Shown here: piece by piece, positions 22,288 to 34,646 of the stretch
Layout of the letters: every line of letters begins with the position of its first letter
How positions within the stretch are numbered: the first letter of the stretch is position 1
From: Minutocellus sp. GHC0000111
Taxonomy: Eukaryota
Length of the DNA: 64,000 bases
Direction of reading: 5' to 3'
Assembly: GCA_977018835.1 (NCBI GenBank)
Contig: OZ361257.1
Span: 2,294,001-2,358,000, forward strand
Notes under the pieces: generated by a model
The model's input: only the letters and a program-made list of their open reading frames with translations
Told to the model about the DNA's origin: nothing
Database searches by the model: none
Position numbers and translations under genes: made by a program

Positions 22288-24144
22288 ATGTTTGCGTCTA
22301 TCGCCCGTCATACTGCTGCGAGGGTCGCTTCTTCTTCTGGACGTCGGTCAGCAGCTGCGATCGGCGGTAGCCAGCACGTGTTTTCTGTCAGACACAAATC
22401 CCAGGCCGCAATTGCCACCGACGATGCCAACGAGAACGACAACCCTGCCGACGAAGTGGTTGGGTTCCCCTCCGATGAAAAGGGCGTCGAGGTTCCCGTT
22501 TTGCTCAACTCGAAGGAGCATGCAGTCGGATATCTTAGCAAGGTGCTGAACGCCCGAGTCTACGAGGCGTCCGTCGAGACCGAATTGCAGCACGCCAAGA
22601 ACCTGAGCGCCCTGCTCAACAATAAGGTCTACCTGAAGAGGGAAGACACGCAGCCAGTGTTTTCCTTCAAGATCCGTGGCGCATACAACAAAATGGCGCA
22701 TTTGACGCGAGAGGAATTGGACCGAGGCGTCGTGGCGTGCTCGGCAGGCAACCATGCTCAGGGCGTTGCGCTATCGGCACGCAAGTTGGGTTGTCGGGCG
22801 GTCATCGTAATGCCCCTAGCCACGCCATCCATCAAGGTGAACTCGGTGCGAGTGCACGGTGGACCTACAGTGGAAGTTCGTCTCTTTGGAAACAACTACG
22901 ACGAAGCCGCGGCTGAAGCGAAGCGTTTGAATCAGGAGGAAGGACTTGCCATGATCCATCCCTTTGACGACCCCTTCGTAATTGCCGGGCAAGGAACCAT
23001 CGGAATGGAAGTGCTGAAGGAACGCGTCAGTGGACCACTGGATGCCATCTTTGTTTGCTGTGGTGGGGGTGGCATGCTTGCTGGTATCGCTGCCTACGTG
23101 AAGCGAGTTCGGCCGAGTGTCAAGGTTATTGGCGTTGAAGCTGCAGATGCGGCGGGCATGACAGCCTCCATCCGAGAGGGCAAGGTCGTGACATTGCCCT
23201 CGGTTGGATTGTTTGCCGATGGTGCGGCTGTCAAGACAATCGGCAGCGAAACATTCCGCGTATGCAACAAGCTCGTTGACGACATGATTACGGTCGATAC
23301 TGACCAGATTTGTAATGCTATCAAGCTGAGTTAGAATGATGCGTAAGTGCCAACCGAGCCATGCTGTGCTCGCAATGCAATTTTTGCTCTTTACACCTGT
23401 TCTAATCATTTCAATCCCCCCCAACGCTCATTTGTTTGCCGCCATAGTCGTGTGGTTCTTGAGCCAGCGGGTGCCTTGGGAGTTGCTGGAATGAAGAAAT
23501 ATGTCGAAGAAAATGGTATAACGGGTCAAACAATGGTCGCTATTACGTCGGGAGCCAATATGGACTTTGATCGGCTTCGCTTTGTATCGGAGCGCGCCGA
23601 TGGGTCTGAACGATCGCTTGCGGTGACTATCCCGGAAAAGCCCGGGGCATTTAGGGCGCTTTACAATCTCATATGGCCGCGAAATGTGACGGAGTTTTCC
23701 TATCGATTTGAGACAGAGCAAAGGGCTAATATCTTCATCTCGTTCCAGCCGTTGATGGGTGTTGAAGATGACTTTGTGAAGACGGTAGATATCTTGCATG
23801 ACAACGACTTCAAGTGTTATGATCTCTCTCACAACGATCTTGCAAAGACTCATCTTCGGCACTTGGCTGGTGGGCGTGCGGCTGTCCCCCATGAGCGGTT
23901 ATTTCGATTCAACTTTCCTGAGTCGCCCGGGGCGCTGCAAAGGTTCCTGCATTCACTAGACATGTCCTGGAACGTTTCTCTATTCCACTACAGAAATCAC
24001 GGGCATGATTTTGGACGAGTATTGGTTGGCATTCAAGTCCCTGATGAGACCGGAGATATACAAACCTTTTTGGACAATCTTGGCTATGAATATACAGATG
24101 AAACGGATAATCCGGCGTACAACACATTCCTGAAGACCTCGTAA
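22288..24144 (+). CDS. ilvA: Biosynthetic threonine dehydratase; intron 23343-23447; in-frame TAG at 23332-23334
   Basis: LKREDTQPVFSFKIRGA, SAGNHAQG, GGGGM, LFADG, EPAGALGVAG, SGANMDFDRLRFVSER and two regulatory ACT-like repeats (IPEKPG, FPESPGAL..FHYRNHG). Organellar presequence. Confidence 0.93.
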
Positions 24145-24203
24145 GAGACGGCGTCGTGGATTCACATCAAAGTAATGTATAATAGATCACTATCATGATT
24201 TAT

Positions 24204-26191
24204 CTACGCTGCTAGCTCTTCTTTTCTCCGCTTCTTTGATGACCCCCTTTTCTTCGATTTTCGCTCGTGCTTCTTTCTTTTCTTATCACCAACCCCCTCC
24301 GACCCTATGCGCGCGCGCAAGGCAGGGACGAGCCTTTGCTGGTACTGAAAGTGCTGCAACATCGTTATAGCGGAAGCCTTAGCGTCTTGCGCACAATCAT
24401 CGCTGGGCATAATGCCCGCTTTGACCACAGGAACATCAAGCTTCTCAAAAACTGAAGCATAGCTGCTCTCATCCAACCCGAAGGCTTTGTCACTATTTAT
24501 GGACAGATTCGCAAAAATAAGCTCGTTCGAGGTATTGCCGCCTTGAATATCGAGATCCGAATATACTCGGTCTACAAGAGATGGTTCATCTGGAGCGGAA
24601 CATTTCGGATAAAATTCAATACAGTAGCAAATAGAATCTTCTGGGACTTCCAGGCTCTTGCGCCAACCTTTGATACTCTTCTTTACAAAGCGCTTGATCG
24701 AAGACTCCTCCTGCTTAGACGCTTCATCACGTTTATGGCACAATGCCACCAGAATTTGATACTCTGAGGGTGCGGCTTGATGTTTCTCTGCCAATGTTTT
24801 TACCAGATCTTCTTGCTCGAGCGTTAATATCACACCGTCTCGAAACACAATTGAAAGTGCATTTTCAAGAACGATCGGCGAAGTGTCCGAGGATACAGAG
24901 GACGACGCTAGCTTCGAGCGCCACAGAGTGCATACGCAAAGCCGGACCAAACACCATATCTCACGAGACCTTGCATTCAAGTCATGTGTCAATTCAGCCG
25001 AGCTTATTGATGTGTTGCATAGAACATGAAGACGCCTCTTTCCACGATGAGCTGTTACGATATCGGTCTCTTTGTTCGCATGTAACATCCCCTGCTTCCT
25101 CTTCCACATGTGACAAGCGGCTGGACCAAGAGCTCCAACAGCATTGTGATATGTCACCACCGACAAGATTTTAGATGTAAACTCGGGTACTGGCCCTAAT
25201 CGACAGCTGAGTAGTGGAATTTTCAATTCAGAACATGCTTTTGCCAACATTGAATTCTCCTTAGTCGTCATGTCTCTCACTGCGCCCAGAAAAAGACATA
25301 GCCTCGCGGGGCCACTCGTTTCATCCCTGATACTGTTCCAGCAAGGTAGCTCGTTGTCCATCGATTCATGCAACACAGCAGCCATGACCGGTAGCGGTGC
25401 TGTAGAATCGCCATTTGTTCTATTGCCGTCATCTCCCTTCGATCCTCTGAATCGGTCGAGAAGAATAGCTCGGAACGTTTTCTCTGTATTCTCTTCTGCA
25501 GCCCTTTGAATATTCTTCGCTAGCGCCGAAGATTTACTTGCAACGCCTTCACCTGAGCCGACCCAATCGTTCCAGGCGGCAAAAAGCTTGGTTCGATTGG
25601 TTTTACGTAGTACGACGTCGGTACTGGAGTTCAACCGATGTTTTCTGAGAAATTCTAGGGGGCAGCGTTGTTGTATGTGCTCGAGAATGTCTCTCTTACT
25701 CTCCAGTCTCGACATGTCAAATGCCATATCAGATGCGGTTGCTGTTGAGGACGCAGCCAAAGGTTTATCGGTGTCGTTGTTGTTGCCGTCATCAGATGCA
25801 TACACCCAAGGTTCTCGAACGCATGTCACACTTGCATCAGCTGCAGTTGTTGCGCCACCGAAACCAGATGGTTTGCGCGATCGTCCAGCCTCGGATGCGG
25901 CAGATCTCCACATAGACACAATTTTTCTCTCACTGGGCAATCGTCCCGATTGAGCCCCAGGGGCGGTGACTGCATCCTCATCACACATCCGTCCTCGTCA
26001 AAGAGAAGGCACAATTCGACCCGATCCGGCCGCTTCTGCTTGGTATTTCTTGGGCCGTATAGAGAGGCAGCCACGCACCGCACGAGGGCATCTCTCCTTC
26101 CCCACCATTGAGATTCGTCGAGGTTGGGTCGATAAGATTGTGCCTCGGCGCCCTTGCCCGAGCATAGGAGGCAGATGGTCAGGTCTACCAT
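24204..26191 (-). CDS. Putative SPOUT methyltransferase-like protein with two TrmY-like modules; frameshift within 25930-25990
   Basis: GRRDALVRCVAASLY..LLFDED (ORF 25826) joins PSERKI..LCLFLGAVRDMT..RLGPVPEFTSKILSV (ORF 24204). The second module is LVRLCVCTLW..APSEYQIL..ASAITMLQH. Basic C-terminal NLS-like stretch. Confidence 0.55.
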
Positions 26192-26642
26192 GATCTCCGA
26201 TCAGTCACAGCACGAATCACGGGCACAAAATGCAAAAAAGACGTGATACGCAACGCTAGATGCGATCGCAAGGCGGACTACTGGGCGGCCATGCGAGCAG
26301 CGCGCAGCTGCAATGTCGAAATAAGTGTAAAAAGGCGTGGTGGCCGTGTGCCGATGCGCCGCTGTTGTGACCAATCTACCCGGAAAAAAATCTGCCCTGA
26401 TTTTTCGCCCCATCTGCCCTGATTTTTCCCCCGGTTCCAAATCTGCGCAGATTTGCCCCCCATCTGCCGGGAGCATTTCCGTGCAGATTGTGCTCGTAAC
26501 CAATCTACCCGGAAACCCCATCTACCCTGGTTTCTGCCCTCGCCTCGATAAAATATACAAATCATGTCGCCGATCTGTAACAGGCAGCGGCGAAGGCGGC
26601 TGCAGCAGCAGCTAGTACTCCAGCACCCGATCCGGCCCGGGT

Positions 26643-26984
26643 GTGGAGTGGGCCATGGCCACGCTGGGGGAGGATGAAAAGGCGAGTTACGTCAAGATGG
26701 AATTCGGAATTCGCATGGAGGACATGGAGAGGCAAGAGCGGTGGGACCGAGGAGAGTGCAGTGACCATGATAGCGACGAGGAAGAGAACATTCTCAGGGC
26801 CAAAACAAGGAAGAGAGACTGCACAAGCCCGGTGCGCCGACGATTGCCGAATTGGCAGCAGCAGTGGGTCTGCGGCCAGACCCGTCTGCTGCAGCGAAGA
26901 ATTACGGTGAGGATGCACAAGCAAGCTACGGAAAAAGAAGAAGCTCAAAGATCATCGGAACCAGAATGGGGATCCGCAAACTGA
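26643..26984 (+). pseudogene. Gene-like fragment inside the TIR element
   Basis: Protein-like acidic stretch ASYVKMEFGIRMEDMERQERWDRGECSDHDSDEEE, with no clean start and no recognised family. Confidence 0.25.
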
Positions 26985-27330
26985 CACGATCCCCATGCAT
27001 GCATGTGTCCCACCAAACCGAATTCCAATGTTGCCGGTGGGGCGGGGTGGGCGGTTTTTCGATCAAACTCCCAAAAGAAGGGGGGAGAACCTTTCTGAAG
27101 CGCCGAGCATCCAAGCCATGTTTGGTACGTAGTACATGTAGGAAATGAATCAGGAAACGAATGCTCAAATGTGCTCATACACAGACATATGTACAATTCA
27201 TTCAATGTTTTAAAAAGTACATGTAGTATCAAGATTATATATTACAAATCAGCAAAGAATGCCGCTAGTATATTTCATAAAATTATGTTATCAGATGTTG
27301 CTTCTCGCTTCTTGCTGCAGTCGCAGCATG

Positions 27331-27782
27331 TCAAAGTCGGCCCTTGGCAAATCTGGATATTCTCGCTTCATGCAGTCGCAGTATATCTGGCGCTGATTGC
27401 AGCATGTCCACATCGAATAGAAACAATGCCTCTTGAGTTTGTTTTGGAATTTGTAGGCAGTTGTGGGTCAATATTCTCTCTCCAGCTTTCTGCAAATCAG
27501 AAAGAATTGCGTTCCATCCTTGCGGCGGTCTAAACAAGTCTTGGACCGTCTGCATCAGCACTGATTTGATACGCTCGTTATTTTTTCATATGTTTCATCT
27601 GCCAGAATCAGTCGAGCATCGTAATCTTCGGCAAGCTCGGTGGCAGCCTGGAATTCATTGTCGAGAAACCATCGCAATGTCGATACTTTCGGTTGGATTC
27701 GTTGTGTCGTCGACCATCTCTCTTCGCATGATTTGATGACAACAGAGCCACAGCAACAATGCCTATTGCGATGTGAGCACAA
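27331..27782 (-). pseudogene. Truncated, frameshifted TraB/PrgY-like domain fragment inside the TIR element
   Basis: SVVIKSCEERW..NEFQAATELAEDYDARLILADETYEK, then a frameshift in the A-run near 27585, then NERIKSVLMQTVQDLFRPPQGWNAILSDL. This resembles the TraB VxVELCxxR and EFxxA...LGD motifs. Confidence 0.5.
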
Positions 27783-28099
27783 ACAGGTGAAGGCCGCGAG
27801 ATGCGAGCGTCAATGGAGGCGATACCGTCGAGATGCACGCCCGCGCAATCTACCCTGATCGTCGGGGCAGATTGTAACCTGATTCTGAAAATCAGGGCAG
27901 ATTTACGCAATCTGCCGGTGGTCCCGTTTTCCGGGTAGATTGCGGGCAGATTGGTCACAACACCGCCGCGCCGCCGCCGCTGCAGCTCGCGTGACGACGG
28001 ACGGACTGCAAATTGGCTCATTCTTCATTTTGACTTGCTCGGTCATCTCAGCAGAAGTCATCCGAAGGAAGGCGATATAACGGAGCGGAGCCGGGGACA

Positions 28100-29270
28100 A
28101 TGGAGCAATACGACGACATATATGACGGCATCTTGGAGGCCACGGATGACGTGGACGAGATTTACGAGGCTTTGTCAGAACGGCAGCGCATCGCTTTGGA
28201 GTTGGCAATGGAAATTGTGAAGGATGAATCTTCCGGTTCGGCGGGGGTCACCAGAGTCCAAGAGATCTTCAAGGATTCCGACGCTGCTGCCGCTATCAAC
28301 ACCTTGATCCCTCAGATCTATGGAGAGACACTTCTGTCCAACGCATTGGTCCATTCTGCCGGCATGGTCAAGGCCTTGATTGATGCCGGTGCCGACCCAA
28401 GTGTCGAAAACATGATGGACGGTGAAACTCCGATTGATGCTCTACTGGACATCTCCGAAGACGAGCGTACCGAGGACGTCAAGGAGATGATCCGGATCCT
28501 CAAAAGAAAGGGAGCGAAGAAGTCGCCCAGCATAGAGGAGGAGCTGGAGGATCTTGCCCGCGAAAAGCAGAGGGAGATGATGTGGGCCTGCGGAATGGAC
28601 CCTGACGAGGTCGATCCCGAGAATCTGACTCCCATGCAATCGGTGTTTCTCCGAATGGCCACGAAGGAGCTGGCCGATGATTCTCCTGAGGAGATTGCCT
28701 ACCGTGCCGGCTATAATGAGAAGATGTCCAATGCCAAGAGGAAGTACAATGCTCTTCCAAAGGGTGCACGGAAGCTAATGGATGAAGCCTTCCATATCCT
28801 CGACGTGGACGATGACGAGTATCCCTACTACGAGTCTCCCGAGCAGGCCCTGGCCAGAAAAAAGTCTCAACGCCAATCTCCTTAGCTACAAGGAGGGCGA
28901 GGGCCTCCTGTTCAGGGCCGTGTCCAACCCCTGCTTTGCCTACGATGAAAAGGAAGAGATTCAGGTGGAACTGGTCAAATTCCTCCTTCAAGAGAAGGGT
29001 GCCGACCCAAACATCGAGAATGTCATGGACCGTACCACCGCTCTGGACTGGATCGATGATTCGTATGGCGGCGGCGATCTGGATGACATGACGCCCTCCA
29101 TGATGGAGATCGAACGCCTCCTTATGGAAGCCGGAGCCAAGGTCCTCCCTCGCGATGATATGGGGAAAATCATCGGCGAACGCGGCGAGGGAGAAGGGTG
29201 GCTCGCTACAGCTCGGCGTGAGAAGGCAGAGGAAGCTGCTACTGATGCTTCTGCCTCCTCCTATTCCTAA
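28100..29270 (+). CDS. Ankyrin-repeat protein; frameshift in A-run near 28860 joins ORFs 28100 and 28782
   Basis: GETLLSNAL..MVKALIDAGADPSVENMMDGETPID and GEGLLFRAV..LVKFLLQEKGADPNIENVMDRTTALD are two similar ankyrin modules. Confidence 0.75.
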
Positions 29271-29541
29271 TGTTTTCTTCTTTTCAACCACGAATTACAT
29301 CTTCTGAGAAACTGACAGCGTATGAATGGAGAAATGTATCAATCTCTGGGGAGATTGTACATAAAGAGCGCTCGTAGTCAAACAACTCTACTGTGCTGTA
29401 GCTCTAAAGATGAAAATCTCATGGCCACATAGATTTCTACGATCGTATTCATTCTGGAATACTGTAACAATAATTTAGATGAAAATGTCTACTATTATTT
29501 ATTGCAATGGAATCACCCATACTGTAGCTGCAGTACGAATA

Positions 29542-32500
29542 CTAGCGCATCCACAGCGTAGGCTTTCCTGGGGTCACGTTTTGGCTGTTCTTTTGCGGAA
29601 TGTTGGCGGCCATCTCCTCCTCGGTACCAAGAAGGATGAAATCAATGGCTGTTATGTTGAGCTGTGACTTGATATAACTCTCACTCCCTTGAAGAATTGC
29701 CTTCTGGTCAAAGGGAAGGGTCGTATCCATGGCCTGCGTGCCCACCTCTTCGACCTCCTTCTTGACGAAGGAAGCAAATTGCATGGCAAACTTGATCAAC
29801 TTCTTGTCCTCGAGGTTGGCTCCAGTCCAGCCCTTGAGGTTCTTCATAAGTCAGCGGGGAACGCCTTGGCATCGGAATCGTACTGACCTTGCATCCAGGT
29901 GAGGACATTGACCTTCCACTCGGGGTAAGAATCGGAGATGAGGACACTGCAATCCTTCCATCCCTTCTTGGCCTTGCCAGCCGCTGCACGGAAATTCTTG
30001 AGCGTATCGCGAAGGAACTTGGCCTGTCGGGTAAGAAGCTTGTCCTCCTCCTCGGCTGCTGGCCACGGTGCCTTGATGGCAAGGCCCTCCTTGCCCACGG
30101 ACTTCCACATCTTCTCCGACCAGTGAGGACAGATGGGGCAGATGAGGATAATGACCGACTCGATCCACTTCCGAACAACGGCCTCGTGCATAGGAACACC
30201 ACCGTCGCTGCACCAACTTCGGTACTCGTTGCGAGCAATCATCATCTCGAACCAACCCTTCTGCAAACCCTCACGGAACTGCATGGCGGCAAAGCTCTCC
30301 TCGGTCGCCTTGATAAGACGGTTGGTCTCATTGATCAGGACCTTGTCCATGAAGTTGAGATCATCGCCAGTACGAAGAGCCGCAACATCCGCCAGGGTTT
30401 CATTGATCCAATTCTCCTCATTGGCCAAGCTCACAATAGCTGTATCAGCGGTATCACGGCTGAAGTTAGCATCGTCAAGAGTATCACCGGCATCGGCACA
30501 GGCGAATCGAGTGGCATCGGCGGAATATTTCTTGATAGTTTCGTCCATCATGAGGAAATTGCCCTTGCTCTTACTCATCTTTTCGGCATCGACAAGAACG
30601 TGGCCATTGGTGTAATACCCCTTGGGCCAGAGGGCCGGCTCGTCGTCCCAAATAGCAGCATGGTTGTACAGAGCCATCGTCAAGTGATTGGGAATAAGAT
30701 CCTTGGCACTCAAACGCAGATCCATGGGATACCAGTATCGGAACTCGGATCGCATCTTGTCCAGAGCATCGGCGGGGATGCTGGTGCCCTCCGGCATGGG
30801 ACCGTTGCAGTAAATGTAGTTGAACACATCATCGGTCAGGTCCTCGGCCGCAATCTTACCAGGAGACTTGCCGGAATCACCGTTGAGGTTGTCAACACCC
30901 TGCAGGACGTGAGCGATGGCATAGTAGGCCATGTAGATGGTACTGTCGGACAGACTCTCAATGACCCACTGCTGGTCCCACGGCAGATGCGTGCCCAAAC
31001 CAAACTGACGGTGCTGAGGGCGTTGGGATCGTACGCGTTGAAGGTGTCCTGGTTCAGCACGTGCTTCTTCACGGCATCCCTCCAGCTCTCCTCGCCGTAG
31101 GCCAGGTACCACTGGTCGGTGGCGGCGACGACGCACTCGTCGTTGGTGCGCGACATGACCCGGGATTCGGGCTCGAAGTACAGGCAGGCCTGTCCAGCGG
31201 CGATCATCTCGTCCCTGATCTTGGGCTTGGCATCGCTGACCTTCTCTCCCTTGTGGGGGCCGTACGTCATGACGCCCATGGTGAAGCCCTTGAGGTAGGT
31301 CTCGTCCTTGGCCTGGGCCAGCTTGGCCTTGTCGTTGAAGCTCTTGATCTTGAGCTTCTCGCACATGTAGACCGCGGAGGCGTCGCCGTATCCCTCGATG
31401 GAGATGATGGGGACGACGTCAAAGGGCTCGACCATGTCGCGGGTGATGCCGTACTTCTCGGCGAAGTCGGGCTTGTCCTTGAGGGTTTGGAGGGAGACGT
31501 AGTCATCGGGGGCGTCGGAGGGGACGGAGGTGACGACGCCGGTGCCCTTGTTCATGCTAATGGTCAGCAGGGGGAGGGTGTACACCTTGTCGTACGTGGC
31601 ATTGGGCGCACTGAGGGGCAGACCGAGGAGCTCGTCGCCCGTAAAGGTTTCCAGGCAGGTGATCTTGCCGAACTCCTTGGTGTAGTACTGGCTCTTGTCG
31701 GTGTCGAACAGCTGGCAGGACAGTCCTCGGGCCGATCGGGCGCTCATGATGCCACCGACGAGACGTAGTACGCACCGTACTCTCCTGTGGGGAGGACGAA
31801 GCAGTTGGTCTGACCGTACATGGTCTCAGGACGGAGGGTGGCGGGAACGAGGTAGACGGACCGGTTGTTGGCGGCCTCCTGATCCAGCAATGCCTTGATC
31901 TTGGAATGGCGATCCTGGCCATGCTCGGGCTGCAGAACCTTGAAATGATCAACACATACTCCTGCGGACCGACGCCCTCACCCTCCGAGCGGTCGTGATC
32001 GGCACACACCTGTCCGTCGAGGATGGAGTAGACGTTGTTGCGCTTGCCATACAAGACCTTCTCCTTGGCACGGAGGGTGTTGAACTGCCACCGAATGAAG
32101 GCATCGTAGTACGGGTTGACGGAGGTGGTGATGAACGACCGGCGCCAATCAACGCCGGAGCCAAAGTTCTTCATATGATCGACGCCGATGGGGGGAAGTA
32201 GTTGAGCCAATGCAACGGATCGACGAACTTGGGGATCTCCTCCTCGGGGACCATCTTCTTGAGGATGTTCCACTGCCGGACGATGCCGGTGCCGGACTTT
32301 TGGACCAGCTTGGTCTTGCCGCCCTTGGCCTTCTTGTCGGCGGCCAATTCGGCCTCCATCTTGGCGCGTACCTCGGGATCGTCCTCGGGGAACTGCGGGG
32401 GGATGCCGTACGTTTCGGTTTCCATCTTGAGCTTGTTGGCGGCCACCTGGATGGGCATGCCGGTGCAGTGGAAGGCGAAGGGAAACAGAACGTTCTTGCC

Positions 32501-32790
32501 GCGGTTGCGCTCGAACTGGGCCCGGAAGACGGCCTTGGTCAAACTGAAGGCGTGGCCGATGTGCAGAACGCCATTCATGTACGGGTAGGGGAAGGTGACG
32601 ATGAACTTGTCGTCGGGATTTCCGACGCCCGTCTTGCCGGATTCGGCGTCGGCTCGAAGGCCTTCTGGGCCTCCCACATGGCCTGGACCTCGGCCTCGTT
32701 GGCGAGGAGGGCATCGCGCTTGGCGGTGCCCTTGCCTCCTCCGCCGCCAGAAACGGCGAGGTTGGCCATCTCCTTGGTTGGTGCCGACAT
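29542..32790 (-). CDS. LARS: Cytosolic leucyl-tRNA synthetase, broken by at least 6 frameshifts or deletions
   Basis: TFPYPYMNGVLHIGH, FHCTGMPI, DWRRSFITT, CADHDRSEGEG, KGTGVVTSVPSDAPDD, IESLSDSTIYMAYY, KDLIPNHL, KMSKS and a C-terminal PGKP, spread over several frames. Confidence 0.92.
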
Positions 32791-33311
32791 TCTTCCAAAT
32801 GTAATACGTGACGTGCTTTTTTGGAGGGAAATCAAATCAAATCGAAAGATGCCAATGCGAGGGATACAAAGCAAAGATATAAGTGCTTTTGATCTATCTC
32901 CTCTATGCGTGCCTGACTGGTACTACTGCCGATGCGATGCAATACGCTGTGCCGATGGAGGAAAATGAGCGATGGCGGAACCGCCAAGAGGTTCAACGGG
33001 TTATTGAACGACGCGACGGACGACGGACAGAGCGCTATGAAAGTCAAAAATCAAAAATGAATTAGAAAATCGGTCTCAAAGATGACGAACTCGCGCCGCC
33101 GCCGCTGCCCGCCGCTCCTTCGTCGCGTCGCTGACCATACTTCACAGTAGTCTCAAGCAACCTCCACCAGAACCTCTTCGTCTGTCTCCAACATTAGACT
33201 AAAGCCACAAGAGATAGACACACTGAGGAAAACACATACATTCATCTTGTGCCTCTTTTTGCGCCCTCTCATTGCATTCTTCAAACTGCACTGACTCACA
33301 ACAATAATATT

Positions 33312-34646
33312 ATGGGCCAATCGATATCCCGAAGGGTCGTGCCGCGGCTCAACAATGCCTTCCAAAAGTACGAGAATGCCGCCACCAAGGACGCGCTGGA
33401 CGACATGGCCAAGCGCCAAGCGCTGGCCAAGTCCGGCAAAACAGGAGGGTATTCCGACCCCAACGCCATCCATGGGGGGTTCCGTCGCGAGAATGCCCCG
33501 GCATTGCCCCAGGAGGCGGCCCAGGAGGAGTTCTTGCGCAGCCAGCAACCCGCGGGTTCGGCCGGTGGACAGCAGGAGATGCCGGAGGACCTGCTCTAGG
33601 TTTTGAACGACAACCCGCTGGAGAAGACGGTTGATCGAGATTTGACCAGTCCCAAGGTATTGGATTCGCTGCTCGTGGAAGAGCAGGAGCAGGAGGGGGG
33701 TACAGAAGGAGCATCTGCAACAGCTACAAACAAGAAGCGCACGCCCCGAACACGAACGCGACGGACCATGCCTTTGGCGGAATCCATGATGGAGGACTTA
33801 CCCGACGATGTATCGGCCGACATTGTCGGTGCCACTGGCGTGGAGCGGACGACCAACTTTTCCACCGCCGATTTGGACGGGGTGGGTGGGTCCGATGCTG
33901 ACAGCGACGAGGCACGGCTGGATCGGCTGCTCAGGTTGACCGATCGGGATTTGGCGTCGCTCCTTCGCAAGGACGGTGCAACCCTGGCCTCAAGTGATGC
34001 TGGTGGTGGCACTGACACTGCAAACGACATGGCAAAACAAAAGCAGGTGGCAGCCGAAACCTATCTGGCCGATAGACTGTCGACGTCCGATATCGCATCG
34101 GCAGAAACATTGTTGGATGGGGAGAAGCGGGCGGTATATACGTCCTTGATGGCCAACGCCCTGCGATACAGCGGTATGCCCGTCTTGCTCAAGGATGAAG
34201 TGGATGCCGACTACGTCGGTGTTTGGTCCGATCGCGTAAAGGAGCTGGAGCGAATGAAGCTCCGAGTTGTGAAGGAGGAGGAGACAACCCTCCTGTTCGA
34301 AGGCAGGGCTGGTAAAACTAGCAGCAGTGCCAGCGAGAACGATGACATCGCGGGGGGAATGGGCGCAGAATTGTCGGAGGGCAAACCAAATGAAGCCCGG
34401 GCACCAGAAAGTATAAATCAAGAGCTCCAAGTAGATGCAACTGATGCCGAATCGACACCATCCGCGGAAGAGAAAGAGGATGACTGGAAACAGCAGTACA
34501 TGGAGGAGCAGAAGAAAATAAAAGGAAAGGTAGGGAGCACTGGCCCGGCCACACGTAAGTTTCTCGAAGAGGAGGCAGCGAGGGCGGCTGCTGCAGCGGC
34601 TGCTGGAACGGAATCTAGCGAAAAGGTTGCGAAGAAGGCCGAGTGA
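33312..34646 (+). CDS. Hypothetical protein; in-frame TAG at 33597-33599
   Basis: ORFs 33249 and 33603 share one frame and are separated only by a single TAG (EMPEDLL*VLNDNPL). Coding-like composition is continuous across the stop. Confidence 0.6.

Larger units (their letters stand above)
26363..27962. mobile_element. Putative 1600-bp non-autonomous TIR DNA transposon (TGT...ACA ends, CCGC flanking duplication)
   Basis: TGTTGTGACCAATCT at 26363 is inverted as AGATTGGTCACAACA ending at 27962. Clusters of ATCTRCCC subterminal repeats at 26372-26528 and 27847-27952. CCGC at 26359-26362 and 27963-27966. No transposase inside. Confidence 0.6.

Noticed and set aside
29889..32968. Several long plus-strand ORFs
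   Set aside because: Antisense shadows of LeuRS.
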